A DNA stretch of 64,000 nucleotides from Vicugna vicugna (GCA_013265495.1 MU058198.1:6153779-6217778); one strand, 5' to 3'; positions 1-13,580 are shown, counted from the first letter of the stretch. Notes: a model not told the origin generated them from the letters alone. Made by a program: numbers and translations.

Positions 1-498
1 GCTCTGCGCTCAGGGCCCCCTCAAAATATGGCACCTGGGGAATCCAAGGAGTTTGCATTTTCTGTGCCTGCCAAGCTTTTCTGCTGCAGGAGGCCCAGGA
101 ACCACATTTTAAAGGATGCTGCTATAGGCAGTGAAAAAACAAAGGATTTCACAAAAGGGTGCGACTGGGCCCAATCTGCCCTTGTAGAAAATTAACTCTA
201 GTGGCAATGTGAAGTTGAGGTTGAAGTGGCAAGAGACAGGAAGCAGGGAGACCAATTAGCAGGCTATTACAAATGTCCCAGCAGGAGGTAATGATGACGA
301 AGGTGGGGATGGAGGCCTTCTCTTCGCCACTGTCCTTTGATTTACAGCGGACGCTAACACTCTGCACAGAAATGAGACTGATCCTTACTTCACAGCCCCA
401 GCACTTCTGCTTCCCTTCCTTTCATCTGCTCCTTTCAAAAATCTGATACATCAGTCTGATGCTGCACGTCTTCATTTTGTGAAATTTTGTGTTTTCAG

Positions 499-1372
499 GA
501 TCTTGACATGGGAGCCAAGAACGTGAAGCTTTATGTCAACAAAGATCTCATCTTTGATGGCCAGTTAGACAAAGGAGGTGGAGAGGCCCCCGCTGACCAG
601 AGCATCCTGGTGGGCCTGCAAAACGAGAGAATGGAGAACAGCATTACCACCCACTCGGAAGAAAGCAAAGGTGCCTGCAAGATGGCTGGCACAGACGGGG
701 ACGAGATGCTCGATGTCAGCGATGCGCAGCCAGCTGGAGCAGCGGAGGATGTGAAGGTTTCTTCGCCAGGAAACTTTTTTGGTGAAAGGATGAATTCTCC
801 AGATTGCACGGAAGACAGTCTGTCCAAGTTAGAGGAAGACTTCAGCTTTTTAGCTGCCCCAGCCTCGCCGGGTGGCATGCCCAGTGCCCCTCCACACTCT
901 CCACCTGGGGAATGCCCCGCTCCCCTTGACCGGGAGCTCTCACTGATCCAACAGCTGGAAAACCTCACGGGCAGAAAAGTCTCTGAGCTGCCAGGGAAAA
1001 CTCCATCTTGGTTACAACCTTCTCCTGCAGGGAAAGGCCAGAAGCAGGGAGGCCAGAAATCAAAACCCCTCTGGCTGAGCCCGGAGAAGCCGCTAGACTG
1101 CAGAGGTAGGCTTCTGTCAGACAACGCCATCCTTGAGGGGTCTGAAGAGACCGAGGCCCAGGATAAAGGCCCCAGGCGTGAGCAAGGGCGGACAAGCACC
1201 TGGAATGTCATTGCCAGTGAGAGAGCCCAGAGGGCAACCCCCAGAGTCTGCAGTGATGACTTCGACATCTTTAACCAGTCCTCCCACAGGGAGCATCCTG
1301 CTAGTGGGAGGAGGGGCCTGAGGAAGGATGCCCTCAGTGGCAGTCATGGTGACAGCCAGCCAGCCAGCAGAG
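499..1372 (+). CDS. KATNIP: KATNIP coding exon 1 of 14 in window (874 nt; gene is 5'-partial)
   Basis: Acceptor tgtgttttcAG|GAT, donor AG|gtaagc; translates DLDMGAKNVKLYVNKDLIFDGQLDKGG...PASR; exit phase 1 matches the next exon. Confidence 0.93.
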
Positions 1373-1774
1373 GTAAGCTCCAGAAGCAGTATGCCTTAGG
1401 GGCCGTCATCCCTGAGCCAGGGCCACTCACAGGCTCCCTGGACCTCAGTTTCCTCATCTGCAAAATGAGGGGGTTCTTCTCAACCAAGGGTCTCAAATTC
1501 CCTGTCTCATGGGCCATAGGGGTGGCAGCAGTGAGTGAAATGGACAAGACACACTTGGCATGTGAACCTCATAGGTATATTTGTCATTGCCTCCAAGATA
1601 TGTTTCTTTGTCTATTTTTCTTGCAAAACATGGCTTTTCCAATCTAGACTCTCATTTCACCTCTGATAGAGACACTGGTCTCTAATTACATCACTTTTCT
1701 CTTAACGGTGCTGTTAGAAAAATAACACAAGTGTAATATAAATAGCAATTGATTCTTGCCTGGGAGTAGGAAGT

Positions 1775-2010
1775 ATTATAGGGAGTGGTGAGGACTGTGG
1801 CAAACTGGAGAGCACAAGCCCACCTAAAGGGGGTTTTTGGTGTCAGGAATACACGGCCAGTATGCCAGGTCTCCCTTTTCCCTTTATCAAGAGAAATCTG
1901 AAGTGTAGAATATTCTTATTTTTCAACACTGGCAATGGATAGAGTTTATTTTTAAACCACTGTGTGGGTCAAAAAAAAAAATACACAACTGCTAGCAGGA
2001 TTCACCTGCT
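1775..2010. mobile_element. MER102-like hAT DNA transposon remnant
   Basis: gggagtggtgaggactgtggcaaactggagagc...tcaagagaa...tttttaaaccactgtgtgggtcaaa resembles the recalled MER102 consensus. Confidence 0.65.
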
Positions 2011-2204
2011 CTGTGAACTTTGCAGTAGATTATCTCTAAGAGATCTGAAAGGAGGTGCCAAAGGCTGGGTTTCTGACTATTTGCACTCAGATTTGGCTAC
2101 TGGGATAGAGTGTAGCATAGCAACTAGGAGTCAAACTATTTGGATTCAAACTCTGCGACTTATAAATCTGGAACCTCTAGTCTGGAACCTGTAGAGCCAG
2201 GCAC

Positions 2205-2270
2205 ATTGCTCAGATGAGCTCATTGAATCCTCACAACAGCCCCATCTTACAGATAAAGGAAATGCGAGGT
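2205..2270. mobile_element. MIR SINE, left part (split by the L1)
   Basis: ctcattgaatcctcacaacagccccatcttacagat matches the MIR core. Confidence 0.7.
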
Positions 2271-5200
2271 AAGACAGCAGAGAAAGGTGAAAGGTTCGAG
2301 ATGGTGGCATAGGAAGATCCAGCTCTCACCTCCTCCCACAGACACAACAAATCTACAACTATATATGGAATAATTTCCTCTGAAAACTGGGTGAACAGTG
2401 TCTCCTAAGACAGAGTAAAAGGACAGCATCAAGGCCGGTAGGAGAGGCAGAGAGATGATCTCATTAAGGGAAAAAAACCCACACCCCAGCCATGACAATC
2501 CACAGATAGGAGAGATCACAAAGGCAGTTATTCTCCTGGGGACTGAGGGATCCATGCTTCACATCAGGCACCCCAATCCTTGGATTCTGCACAAGAGAGA
2601 TGAGCCCCCAAAACTTCTGGTTTTGAAAACCAGTGGGGAATACACTCAGGAGAGCTACAGAACTGCAGAGAACAGAAGACTTGCTTTTAAATTGCTCACT
2701 CACAGACTCACTCAGCCTGAAAACCAGCACAAAAACACTGTTTTTTTTAAAAATAATTAATTAAAATAGGCTAAATTCACCAATCAAAAAACAGAGAGTG
2801 GCAGAATGTATTAAAAAAAATAGCACTCATCTGCATGCTGCCTACAAGAAACTCACTTCAGAAATAAGGACACACACAGACTGGAAGTGAAGGCGGGAGT
2901 GTGGGGGATAAAAGATAGCCCATGTGAGTGGAAATGAAAAGAAAGCTGGAATCGCTCTTCTTCTATCGATGATATAAAACTAGAAATGGACCACAAGAAA
3001 AAAAATGGGGAAACCTACCAAAACATGAGAATTAAACATCATGCAGCAAAGCGACCAATGGGCCATTGAATAAATCAAGGAGAAATCAAAATATACTTGG
3101 AGACAAATGAAACAGAAATATGACATACTAAAATCTGTGGGATACAGCAAAAGTGGCAGGAAAGTTCATAGCAATACAGGCCTACCTCAAGAAACAAGAA
3201 AAATCTCCAATAAATAATCTAACTTTACAGCTGAAAGAACTAGAAAAAGAAGAACAATTAAAGCCCCAAATTAGTATATGAAGGAAATAATAAAGATCAG
3301 AGCAGAAATAAATGAAGTAGAGAATAAAATAAAACAGAAAAAAACCTGTGAAACTAAGAGGTGATTTTTTGAAAAGATAAATAAAGTAGGCAAGCTTTAG
3401 CCTTGGATAAAAGAAAGAAGGCTCAAATAAATAAAATTAGGAATGAAAGAGAAGTTACAATTAATACCACAGAAATACAAAAGATCATAAGAGACTACTG
3501 CAAACAATTATATGCCAACAAATTGGGCAACCTGGAAGAAATGGATACATTCCTAGAAACATACACTCTTTCAAGACTGAATTATGAAAAAATAGAAAAT
3601 TTAAAGAGACCAATTACTAGTAAGGAGATTGAAACAGTAATAAAAAAAATCTTCCATCAAACAAAAGTCCAGGACCAGACAGCTTCACTGGTGAATTCTA
3701 CAAAACATTCAAAGAAGATTTAAAACCTAGTCTTCTCAAACTCCTCCAAAAAATTGAAGAGGAGGGAAATCTTTTAGACACATTTTACAAAGCCAGCATT
3801 ACCCTTATACCAAAACCAGACAAGGACACCATTAAATAAAGAAAACTACAGGCCAGTATCACTGATGAACATACATGCAGAAATTCTCAACAAAATATTA
3901 ACAAACTGAATCCAGCAACACCATGACCGAGTGGGATTTATTTCAGAGATGTAAGGATAGTCCAATATTTGCAAATCAATCAACATGATACAACAAAATG
4001 AAGGATACAAATCATATATTACCTCAATAGATGTAAAAAATGCTTTTGACAAAATTCGACATTTACCTGTGATAAAAATTCTCAACAAAGTGGGTATAGA
4101 AGGAACACACTTCAACATAATAAAGACCGTATATGCCAGATCCACAGCTAACATCATATTCAATGGTGAAAAGCTGAAACCTTTCTCCTCTAAGATCAGG
4201 AACAAGACAAGGATACCCATTCTAGCCACTTTCATTCAACATAGTATCAGAAGTCCTAGCCACAGCAATTAGGCAACAACAAAAAATAAAAGGCATTCAA
4301 ATCAGAACAGGAGAAATAAAACTCACTATTTGCAGATGACATGATATCGTGTGTAGAAAACCCTGAAAACTCCATTAAAAAAAAATCTGTCATAATTAAT
4401 AAATCAGTAAAATTACAGGATACAAAATCAATATACAGAAATCTGTGGCATTTCTATACACTAATAATGAAGTATCAGAGAAATAAAGAAGCAATCCCAT
4501 TTATGATTGCATTAAAAAGAATAAAATACCCCAGAATAAATTTAACCAAGGAAATGAACAACTTGTACACTGAAAACTATGACACTGATGAAGGAAACTG
4601 AAGAAGACACACACACACACAAAAGATATTCCCTGCTCATAGATCGGAAGAATTAATATTGTTATAACGTCTATACTGCTCAAAAAAAGATCTATAGATT
4701 TAATATAATCCTTAACAAAATTCCAATGTCATGTTTCACAGAACTAGAACAAATAATTCTAAAATTTGTATGGAACCACAAAAGATCCCAAACAGCCAAA
4801 ACAGTCCTGAGAAAGAAGAACAAAGCTGGAGGTATCATATGTCCTGATTTTAAACTATACTACAAAGGTATAATAATCAAAACAGTATGATACTGGCACA
4901 AAAACAAACACACAGATCAGTGGAACAGAAGGGAGAGCCCAGAAATAAACCCACATATTTATGGTCTGTTAATAACAAAGGAACAAAGACATAAAATGGA
5001 GAAAGGACAGTCTCTTCAATAAATGGTGTTGGGAAAACTGAACAGCCACATGCAAAAGGATGGAACTAGACCACTATCTTACACCATGCACAAAGAGTAA
5101 CTGAAAATGGACTAAAGGCTTCTGACTATAAGACCTGAAACCATACAATTTCTAGAAGAAAATACAGGCAGTAATCTCACCGACATCAGCCTTAGCGATG

Positions 5201-6274
5201 TTTTTATAGACCTAACTCCAAAGGGAAGGGAAACAAAAGCAAAAATAAATAAATAGGATTACATCAAACTTAAAAGCCTCTGTACAGTAAAGGGAACCGT
5301 CATCAAAATGAAAAGGCAACCTACTGAATGGGAGAGGATATTTGCAAATCATATATAAGGAGTTAATATCCAAAATATATGAAGAATTCATCCAAATCAA
5401 TGACAAATTACCAAACAACCACATTTAAAAGTGGACAGGAGATCTGAATAGGTACCTTTCCAAAGAAGACACACAGATGGCAAACATGCACATGAAAAGA
5501 TGTGCAACATCACTATCAGGAAAACACAGACCAAAACCACAATGAGATACCACCTCACATCTGTTAGAATGGCTACTATCAACAAGACAAAAATAACAAG
5601 TGTTGGAGAGGATGCAGAGAAAAGAGAACAGTATTAGTGGGGTTGTACATTGGTGCAGCCACCATGGAAAACAGTATGGAGATTCCTCAAAATATGAAGA
5701 CTAGAACTACTATATATGACCCAGGTATGACACTTCTGTGTATTTATCTAAAGAACACAAAAACACTAATTTGAAAAAGATATATGCACCTCCATGTTCA
5801 CTGCAGCATTCTTTACAAGAGCCAAGGTAGGAAAACAACCTAAGTGTCCACTAATGAGTGAAGAAAGAAGATGTGGTGTATGTATATACACATGGACTGC
5901 TACCTGTACAATGGAATACTACTCTGCCATGAAAAGGAAGAAAGTCCTGCCATTTGCAAAAACATGAGTGAACCTTGCAGGTATTACACTAAGTGAGATA
6001 AATCAGAGAGAGAAAGAAAAATACCAATCACTTCACTCATACATGGAATCTAATAAAACAAAGGAAATAAAACAGAAAGAAATTCATGATACAGAGAGCA
6101 GATTAGTGGTTACTGAGGGGGAAGGTAGGTGGGGTATGGGAGAAATGGGTGAAAGAAATGGGTCAACTGTATGGTGATGGATGGGAACTAGACTTACGGT
6201 GATGATCACTTTGTAGTGCACATGGATATTGAACTACAATGCCGTACACCTGAAAGTTACACAATAAGAAAAGA
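2271..6274 (+). mobile_element. LINE-1, degraded and internally deleted (5'UTR fragment, ORF2 remnant, L1MA9-like 3'UTR)
   Basis: Broken ORF2 peptides ([50 protein letters not shown] = FADD RT motif at ~4330); A-rich tail; degenerate 16-bp TSD at 2255-2270 and 6275-6290. Confidence 0.93.
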
Positions 6275-6390
6275 AAAGAAAACGTGAGGTTTGAGTGACT
6301 TTCTTCAGGTCACACAGCCAATAAGGGTTAGAGCAAGATTTGAACCCAGGCAATCCTGCTTCAGCCTCCAGGCTGCAAACTACTCCCCTA
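6275..6390. mobile_element. MIR SINE, right part (split by the L1)
   Basis: gtgactt...aggtcacacagcc...agatttgaacccaggc continues the MIR consensus. Confidence 0.7.
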
Positions 6391-6859
6391 AGCTGCCCTG
6401 TTCCCATAACGTCGTCATCCACCTGTCTGGGGAGAGTGAGGCAATGTCAAGCCTTCCTGGTACACAAACCCAGAGCACCTCTAGCAGTTATAAGGTGATG
6501 GGCATTTTTCTAACTTGTCCACATGCAAAAGACTGTCTCATTTTAATTTCTTTCCAGGCATTTCACTGCTTGGCTCAACACACGTTAAGAACTGAGCCCT
6601 TGAGATTTAATGCTTGTTAAGCTGGTCGTGCTAAAAAGGAAAGTTGCTTAGAAATTTTAAATTACCCATTACTTAGAGCCAAATCCCACAGCCGTGCCCT
6701 TCATTAAAGGTTCGGGCCAAGCCCTCTAACGGTGCTTGTAGAATGAACAAGTGCCCAAGTTCTTCCCTGGGACTAGAATCGTGTTGTCACCATGAGACAG
6801 AACCTGGAGATCCTTTTTCCAACAAAGTACCTTGTTGTAATGACATCTGCATTTTGGAA

Positions 6860-7320
6860 GTGTATTCATCATGGGGTCAGTTAGCTACAGGCGTATAAAA
6901 TCGCACTGGCCCAGTTTAAGCAATAAAGGGGGTTTTATTTGGAGAATGCTCCAGGACAAAGTTTGGGTCCCCAAAGTCAGGAAGTATTGCATCCCACGGG
7001 ATTGGAAGGAGGAACCAGAAAGCCAGCAGGCACCGAGGAAGCATCACCCTGACTCTTCCAGGACTGCTGGGCCCTGCCTCTGCTTCTCTGCAGGTCCACC
7101 TTCCCTCACTCTTCCTCATGAGATCGGCTTTCTCAGCTCTGCGCACATTGCAGGAAATGGACTCACGGTCCAAAAGTGACAGAATTTCCCGGCTCCGTCT
7201 CTAGAAACCAATTCCAAAGCCTCAGGGGAGAAGCTGACTGGCCGGCTTGGGTCAGGCGTCCACTCCTTGTCCAATCAGCAGTGGCCGAAGGGCAGTGCAC
7301 CTACAGTAAACACGGCTGTG
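6860..7320. mobile_element. MLT1-like LTR remnant
   Basis: gtttaagcaataaaggggg...ctgactggccggcttgggtcagg...tccaatcagc. Confidence 0.5.
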
Positions 7321-8979
7321 TGCATCTCACCACGTGCTTTTTCACTCCCCATTTTAGTAGCAATTAGTGCGTGCCTCGTGGTGGTGTCAGTGATTTTTAT
7401 AAACTGAAGTTCAGAATTTTGCAGCTCATATTAATCTCCACCACTCCAGGAGTAGTTTTGAATCTTCAATCCTGTCATCTCATATCATTGGTCCCTCCCA
7501 GACTGTATTGACTGCAGACTAAAGCAGTAGCTTTCTGTTGTCCATTCATATTTGTGGGCAGGGATTGTGACAGACAGGACAAACAGACAGTCAGACAGTC
7601 GGACAGCTGATCCCAGCAGCTGTCCGACTCCCAAGGACTGATGAGTTGTGTGTTCTGCGGCCGACAGGGGGAAGCGCTGGCCCCAGGCTGCTGTCACATC
7701 TGAAAGGTCCAGGACAAAGTCTGCACCCCTCTGCTCTTAAAACCCAGTGTGTACCTCCTCGGGAGAGTGGGTCAGAAAGCAGATGCAGGATGAAAGCAAA
7801 GCCCTGCCTTTCTTGCACACCCAGGCACAGAAGCGCAGCCTGAGTCCCTGACACATGGCTTTTGGTCTTTCTCCTCGCTGCCCTTGCAGACCAACCTGGT
7901 CCATTCATTTCAGCTGGTGGAAATTAAATCACAAACTGAGCTCATGACGATCCATATGGGAAGTTCCTTCTGCCAGATGTTTAGCCTCACGCCTGGAGGA
8001 AAGGGTGGGAGGAACTCCTGGGGTCTTGTTAATGACAGACGAAAAGGAGGGGAGGGGAGAGGACAGATGTGGGAGAACTGACAGGTGGTGGCGGAGCAAA
8101 GAGGGCACGTGATGGTGGTACCAACCACCCGTCCCTTTACTGGCAGACGATTATTGAGCACCTCCAGGCACCAGATTCTGTGTCAGGCCCTGGGATGCAG
8201 CAGGCAACAGGACAGAGGCGGCTTCTCCAAGAAAGAGGGTGTCAAGAAGAGCCAGCTAAGTGGGGCCGTGGGGGAAGAGCATTCCTGGCAGAGGGCGCAG
8301 CAGGGGCAAAGATTCTGAGGGAAGAAGAGACTGTGGTGTCCATCACAGAATGGCTGGCGTGGCCGGAGCTGGATGATCCTGGAAAGGAGGTGTGAGGTGA
8401 GGCTGGAGAAGTCGCCGGGAGCCACACTCAGGGCTGCGGGGCATAGTGAGGTGTTAGGTTTTCTTTACTCTTAGCATAGTAGAGATAATGCCAGTTAGAG
8501 GGGTGATGACAAACTCCATTTTTGGCCCTTAGAGTTTGAAGTGATAGAGTGGACACGCCTCCCAAGGGGTCACTGGAACCGGAAGACGGTGCCCCAGGGA
8601 GAGAAGCTGGAGCTTGGCTTATGGCAGTGAGCAGCGCCTGCCTGGGAGCCAGGAGCCAGACGAGAGAGGAGTATTGAGAAAGGACCGGTTGGAGCTGAGG
8701 CCTTCCAGCGCAACCAGGCTTAGAGTATGGGGAGGAGCGAGGCGGGGGCGGGGGTGGGGGGTGTGCAGCGCTGTGATACGAAGGGAGGAGCTGTCGATGG
8801 GGAAGTGGAGAAGCAGGAAGGTAACCATGCCTCCTCAGCTGGTGGAGGAGGGACTGCCAGATGGAAGAGCTTTGCCTGGGACGTCAAGCATGGAATGAGG
8901 ACTGAGAAAGGATTGTGGACTCGGAATCATTGTGGACTCAGAGAAAATCATTTCAGTGAAGAGTTGTGGGAATTCTAGG

Positions 8980-9380
8980 ACTCATATGGATGCAAGGAAC
9001 AGGAAACTACCAGGGGTTTGACTTCAGGCATGGCTGGATCCAGGGGCCCGAATGATGTCATCAGGACACTCTCTCCATCTCTCGGCTCCCGCTCCCCACA
9101 TTGGCTTCATTCTCAGGCAGGCTGTACCCTGCAGAGTGTAGCAAATGGCCGCTGACAGCTCCACCCCTCCATCCTGCCAGCTCAGCAGTGCCAGTTTAAA
9201 GAGAGCCCCTCTCCCCGTAGTTCCTTTCATGGGCTCAGCTTGGAAGGATGCTGTCAGCACTGGCCTAATCTGCACGGCCTGAAGGTGGTGGCAGGGTTGC
9301 AGGGGGGAATCCTCAAAGGGAAAAATCAGGATTTTGTTCCTAGGAGAAGAGGAGATGGAGTTTGGGTGGGCAAAACAACG
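8980..9380. mobile_element. MLT1 (MaLR) LTR remnant
   Basis: cttcaggcatggctggatccaggggc...gatgtcatcagg...ttggcttcattctcaggcaggct. Confidence 0.6.
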
Positions 9381-10748
9381 ACTCTGCGCCAAGGAGCCAG
9401 GTTGCAGGGGGCTGAGGGAGGGTGGTGGTGAGGAGGATGCAGTGTCTGCACTGAGAGGAGGGAGGAAGTAGGACTGCGATTGGAGGGAGCCGCAGGATCA
9501 GGCCGGTTTCCTTTTTCTTGCAGGTGGGAGAGATTTATGCATGTCTGCAGGCGGAGAGCAGGGAAGATGCCAGTGGGGAAGGAGTGATTGAAGATTCTGG
9601 AGAGAGGAGATAATTGATGGAACCAGGCCCCCTAGGAGACAGGCAGAAAATGGAGTGCAGGGTGCAGTACGATATGAAAGGAGGAAAAACAGAATGTCAG
9701 TGTCATCAGCTGCTGTTTTTCCAGAATGACACCCTTAGATGGCAGTTAGCCGTGGCGTGGCTGTGAGGACAGGCGGCTGCTTGAGGCACACGCTGAGCTT
9801 TTATATTCTACAAGGAAGAGAGCAGGGCCTTCAGAGCCACCCTCCTGAGGGCCAGCCCCGTCTTCGCCATATGTTCCGGGTGCGGCTTCAGCTCTTGGAA
9901 CCAATTTAGCCACATGTAGAAGTAAATTTTTTACCTTGTGAGATACCTAGGTGGTTTGGGTTTTTTTAATAGAATTTCCCCCTGCTTATAAAAATAATAC
10001 ACGTAGGGGACTTCGAAGGTAAGGTGTCAAAGGAGAAATAAAAGTCTTTCCTCTTTACCACCCAGAAACGATGGTATTCACACGTGGGGACACGCTGCCC
10101 ACACTAGGAAATGCCGCATCGAAAATGGCAACTCTGGCATTTTTTTTTCCATTTAACATTCTTTCAGAAGCCTTCCACCTGCCATTCGGTAGCCTTTGAA
10201 ACCCCCAACAGGGTCACATGACTGTGACAGCCTCGGGAGCAGACCCTGGGGCTGCTGACTCAGATGCCACAGGCAGCAGCATGGCCCTGAGTCTTGTGAG
10301 TTTGTGAAGTGGAGAATGACTTCCGGCAAAGGTTCTAACACAGCAAGAGTGTTTCTTAATTTGCATGGTGGTTGCTTTTCTGAGGAAATGCAAAGTATAT
10401 AGAAAAATACTTTGCTCTTTGTAAAACAACCAGGTTCCAGATTCAGGTAACTGTAAATGATTTTTTTTTTACCAACCGGAATGGTGCCTGAGACAGGAGA
10501 CCATGCTCTGCGCAGGACCACCCTGTGCAGGGTGGGACAGTAGCAACCCTGGTCCCACCCTTCAAGCCAATAGGGCCAACGGGCACTGAGCCAGCCAAGA
10601 GCATCAAACCACCCACGGGTTTCTAGACTGTCCCCCCAAGGGTGACCCCACCCAGCTTAAAGCCACTGGATGAGACGATCTCTAAGGGTCCCCGCTTCCA
10701 CATGCACGACTAATGGGGCTTCACTCCCTCCTGTGTTCTTCCTTCCAG

Positions 10749-11474
10749 AAAATGCCTGCGCCACCTGGACACCTCCACGGCCCCGGTGGCGCAGCGAGCA
10801 GGAACACACACTCCACGAGTCGTGGAACTCCCTCACCGCCTTTGACCGATCCCACCGGGGGCGCATCTCCAACATGGAGTTCCAGGGGGACATCCTGGAC
10901 GAGTTCCTGCAGCAGCAGAAGAGCAGCCGGCACAGTGACCAGCCGCCCCCCTGGAAGGAGGAGAAGCTGGAGTCCATGATAGGGCAGGACCACAGCTCCC
11001 TGAAGCCAGATGACGGGGGTGACTTTAAAATCCCCGTCTTGCCTTATGGACAGCACTTGGTCATCGACATCAAGTCTACATGGGGGGACAGGCACTACGT
11101 TGGCCTTAACGGAATAGAAATATTCAGTTCCAAGGGCGAGCCGGTGCAAATTGCGAACATTCAAGCCGACCCCCCGGACATCAATATCTTACCAGCCTAT
11201 GGGAAAGATCCCCGTGTGGTCACCAACCTCATCGACGGGGTGAACAGGACCCAGGACGACATGCACGTCTGGCTGGCCCCCTTCACACTGGGAAAGTCCC
11301 ACTCCATCTCCATGGACTTCATGCACCCTTGCCAGGTTGCCCTGATCAGAATTTGGAACTACAATAAATCGCGGATACATTCCTTCCGCGGCGTGAAGGA
11401 CATCACGATGCTGTTAGATGCGCAGTGCATCTTCCAGGGAGAAATCGCCAAGGCCTCGGGAACCCTGACGGGAG
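10749..11474 (+). CDS. KATNIP: KATNIP coding exon 2 (726 nt), contains a whole DUF4457-type repeat
   Basis: Acceptor ttcttccttccAG, donor GAG|gtacag; STWGDRHYVGLNGIEIF...LIDGVNRTQDDMHVWLAPF...IRIWNYNKS matches recalled KIAA0556; phase 1/1. Confidence 0.96.
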
Positions 11475-12104
11475 GTACAGTATGTCTGTAAGAATGCTCT
11501 CGAAGCCCCTGCCTGCTACTTGCTGAGGCTCTAAGGAAAAGCTAAACCTGGTGGCTCACCAGTGACAGAGAGAACCTGTAGGGTAGGGAGGGTGCAGGAT
11601 ATAGAAGGGAGAGAAACTTGGGGAAGATATTGGTTCAGGGGAAGCCCAGCCCCAGCCTGATCCCAAGGGGTCTCTGGAGCAGAAATTACTGGGTCTGTCC
11701 TGCGCAAAGCAGCAAGGCTTTAGAACCTGCAGGCTCCCCTGGTTGGGGGCGTAACTCCCACAGCCTTCCAGGCAAGGCCCCCTCCTTGTATCAGCAGGGA
11801 TCTGGGTGGGACACCAACAGCATCAGCTACAGTGCCTCCCACGCCTGACAAACGTCCCTTACTTCATGATGGATCCCAGTGATGCTCATTAGATTAGATC
11901 CCTTCATTAGATCAATGTGGTTCTTACAGTCCGTGGATTCCATTTGCAAATGCACGGAGAATAGTAAGGCTCGGTGACACAGATGCAGACCGGTTAGCGG
12001 TTTAGGATGTCACGGCCCAAAGGTTGATGGTTTAGGTTCCTGCTCGGAACATCATTGGGATTTGGGGTGAGCTGACTCTTCTGTCTTCCCGGTGCCCCTT
12101 TCAG

Positions 12105-12310
12105 CTCCAGAGCACTTTGGAGACACAATCTTATTCACGACCGACGAGGACATTCTCGAGGCCATCTTCTGTTCTGATCAGACTTTTGATTTGGACGTGG
12201 AGAGCCTGTGCGGCCTGCAGTGCGAGGAGGCGCTGAGGAGACCCAGCACGGCCGACGGCCAGGGGGAGGAGAGGCCCTACACCCAGGCCGGCTCGTGGGC
12301 TGATGACCGG
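12105..12310 (+). CDS. KATNIP: KATNIP coding exon 3 (206 nt)
   Basis: Acceptor cccctttcAG, donor CGG|gtagga; (A)PEHFGDTILFTTDEDILEAIF...RPSTADGQGEERPYTQAG; phase 1/0. Confidence 0.95.
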
Positions 12311-12938
12311 GTAGGACTGGAGGGAGGGGGCACTTCTGGACAGATTTCTTCTCCTGACTCAGAATAGCGCAGGAGTAATGAAGATGGATATCCTTTAAGC
12401 TGCTGGTGCTCCTGTTTTTGACATTTCCCATTTTTATGCATCATTTTTTGTTCTGTATGTCATATTTCATCCTCTAATTATTATTTTTTTTCTTCTAACT
12501 GAAGTGAAGAAAGTCTTCAAATTTTAATCAAAGCTAGGAGAAATCAGTTCTGTGTCATCTCTGTAATTTAGAGGTTGGCAGTCTCAGGGGAATTTTTGCT
12601 TTGGGTTTTGTTTTGATCACTCACTGTAGTTTTTGATGGAAGGGCTCAAAATACTTTTAATAGGCAGACTGAGAATTAAAGTAATGATAATCCAGGCAAT
12701 CATTTCTTGGGCACATAAACCATGGTCCAGCGGTGGAGCACCGTGCCATCGTGTTTAACCCTCCTGGCAACCGTCAGGATAAAGACAATTAATACCCCCG
12801 TTTAAGAAACCAAGGCTCACACAGGCTCAAGAACTTGCCCAGTGGCACGCAGTGGGGGAGTAACAAGGCTAGAACTTAAATGCAGGACTCCAAAACTTGT
12901 GCTTTTAATGGACAAATTATCAAAAATGAAAGAGAAGC

Positions 12939-13104
12939 GGGGAGGGTGTACCTCAGCGGCAGAGTGCATGCCTAGAATGCACAAGGTCCTGGGTTCAATC
13001 CCCAGTACCTCTGTTAAAATAAATAAGTAAATAAGTAAATAAATAAACTTAGTTACCTCCTCTCCAAAACAAACAAAACCAATCAAAACAAAATATTTTT
13101 TTAA
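12939..13104 (+). mobile_element. tRNA-Ala-derived SINE (camelid Vic-1-like) with A-rich tail
   Basis: Head ggggagggtgtacctcagcggcagagtgc, B box GGTTCAATCC, (TAAA)n tail; perfect 13-bp TSD AAAAATGAAAGAG at 12922-12934 and 13105-13117. Confidence 0.85.
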
Positions 13105-13409
13105 AAAAATGAAAGAGGACTTTCAGGGCAAGGATCAGCCCAAGTCAAAGACCAGTACTTAAGGCAAAGAGACTGCAGGGTCCCCAGGAGAAAAGAGGAG
13201 ATGGTTAGAGAGAGTGGGGGAGAAGGGTGGGAACAACCAGGAACCAAAGGACAGCAGGTTCGGCCATGGGAAGGTCACGACAGAGGCGGTGCTACAACAT
13301 GGGGAGTCGGTCCCAGCATGTTCACGGGCAGAGCACCAGGGGAGGTGGGGGAGGGGTGAGGCCCTCTCCCCCTTCCAGGAAAGCAGCTGCCACTCCCCTC
13401 AGACAAGCT

Positions 13410-13580
13410 AGTCCATTGTTGACGGTAATCCTGATTTTTTTCAAATAAAGCCGGAAATCTACATTTTTATGTAAAATCTCCCCATTAAAAAAATGTTGGC
13501 CACTAATTCAAAATGTTTTCAAACCTTCTGCAGGCCACGAAACATGTCTGCGGTCTGGCTTCTCTGCGTGGGCCTCCATT
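13410..13580. mobile_element. MER102-like remnant
   Basis: agccggaaatctacatttttatgtaaaatctcc...aatgttggccactaattcaaaa. Confidence 0.65.

Noticed and set aside
531..1268. 245-aa antisense ORF
   Set aside because: Shadow of the large GC-rich KATNIP exon; no independent features
1373..1647. Extension of the 386-aa ORF beyond KATNIP exon 1
   Set aside because: It reads through a strong donor (gtaagc) into MIR-derived sequence (LDLSFLICKM); intronic read-through rather than a separate protein
3403..4601. ORFs with reverse-transcriptase-like peptides
   Set aside because: Frameshifted, stop-ridden L1 ORF2 fragments; not an intact gene or a novel RT system
12939..13012. tRNA-like sequence as a functional tRNA gene
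   Set aside because: Mutated A box, A-rich tail and TSD mark it as a SINE insertion
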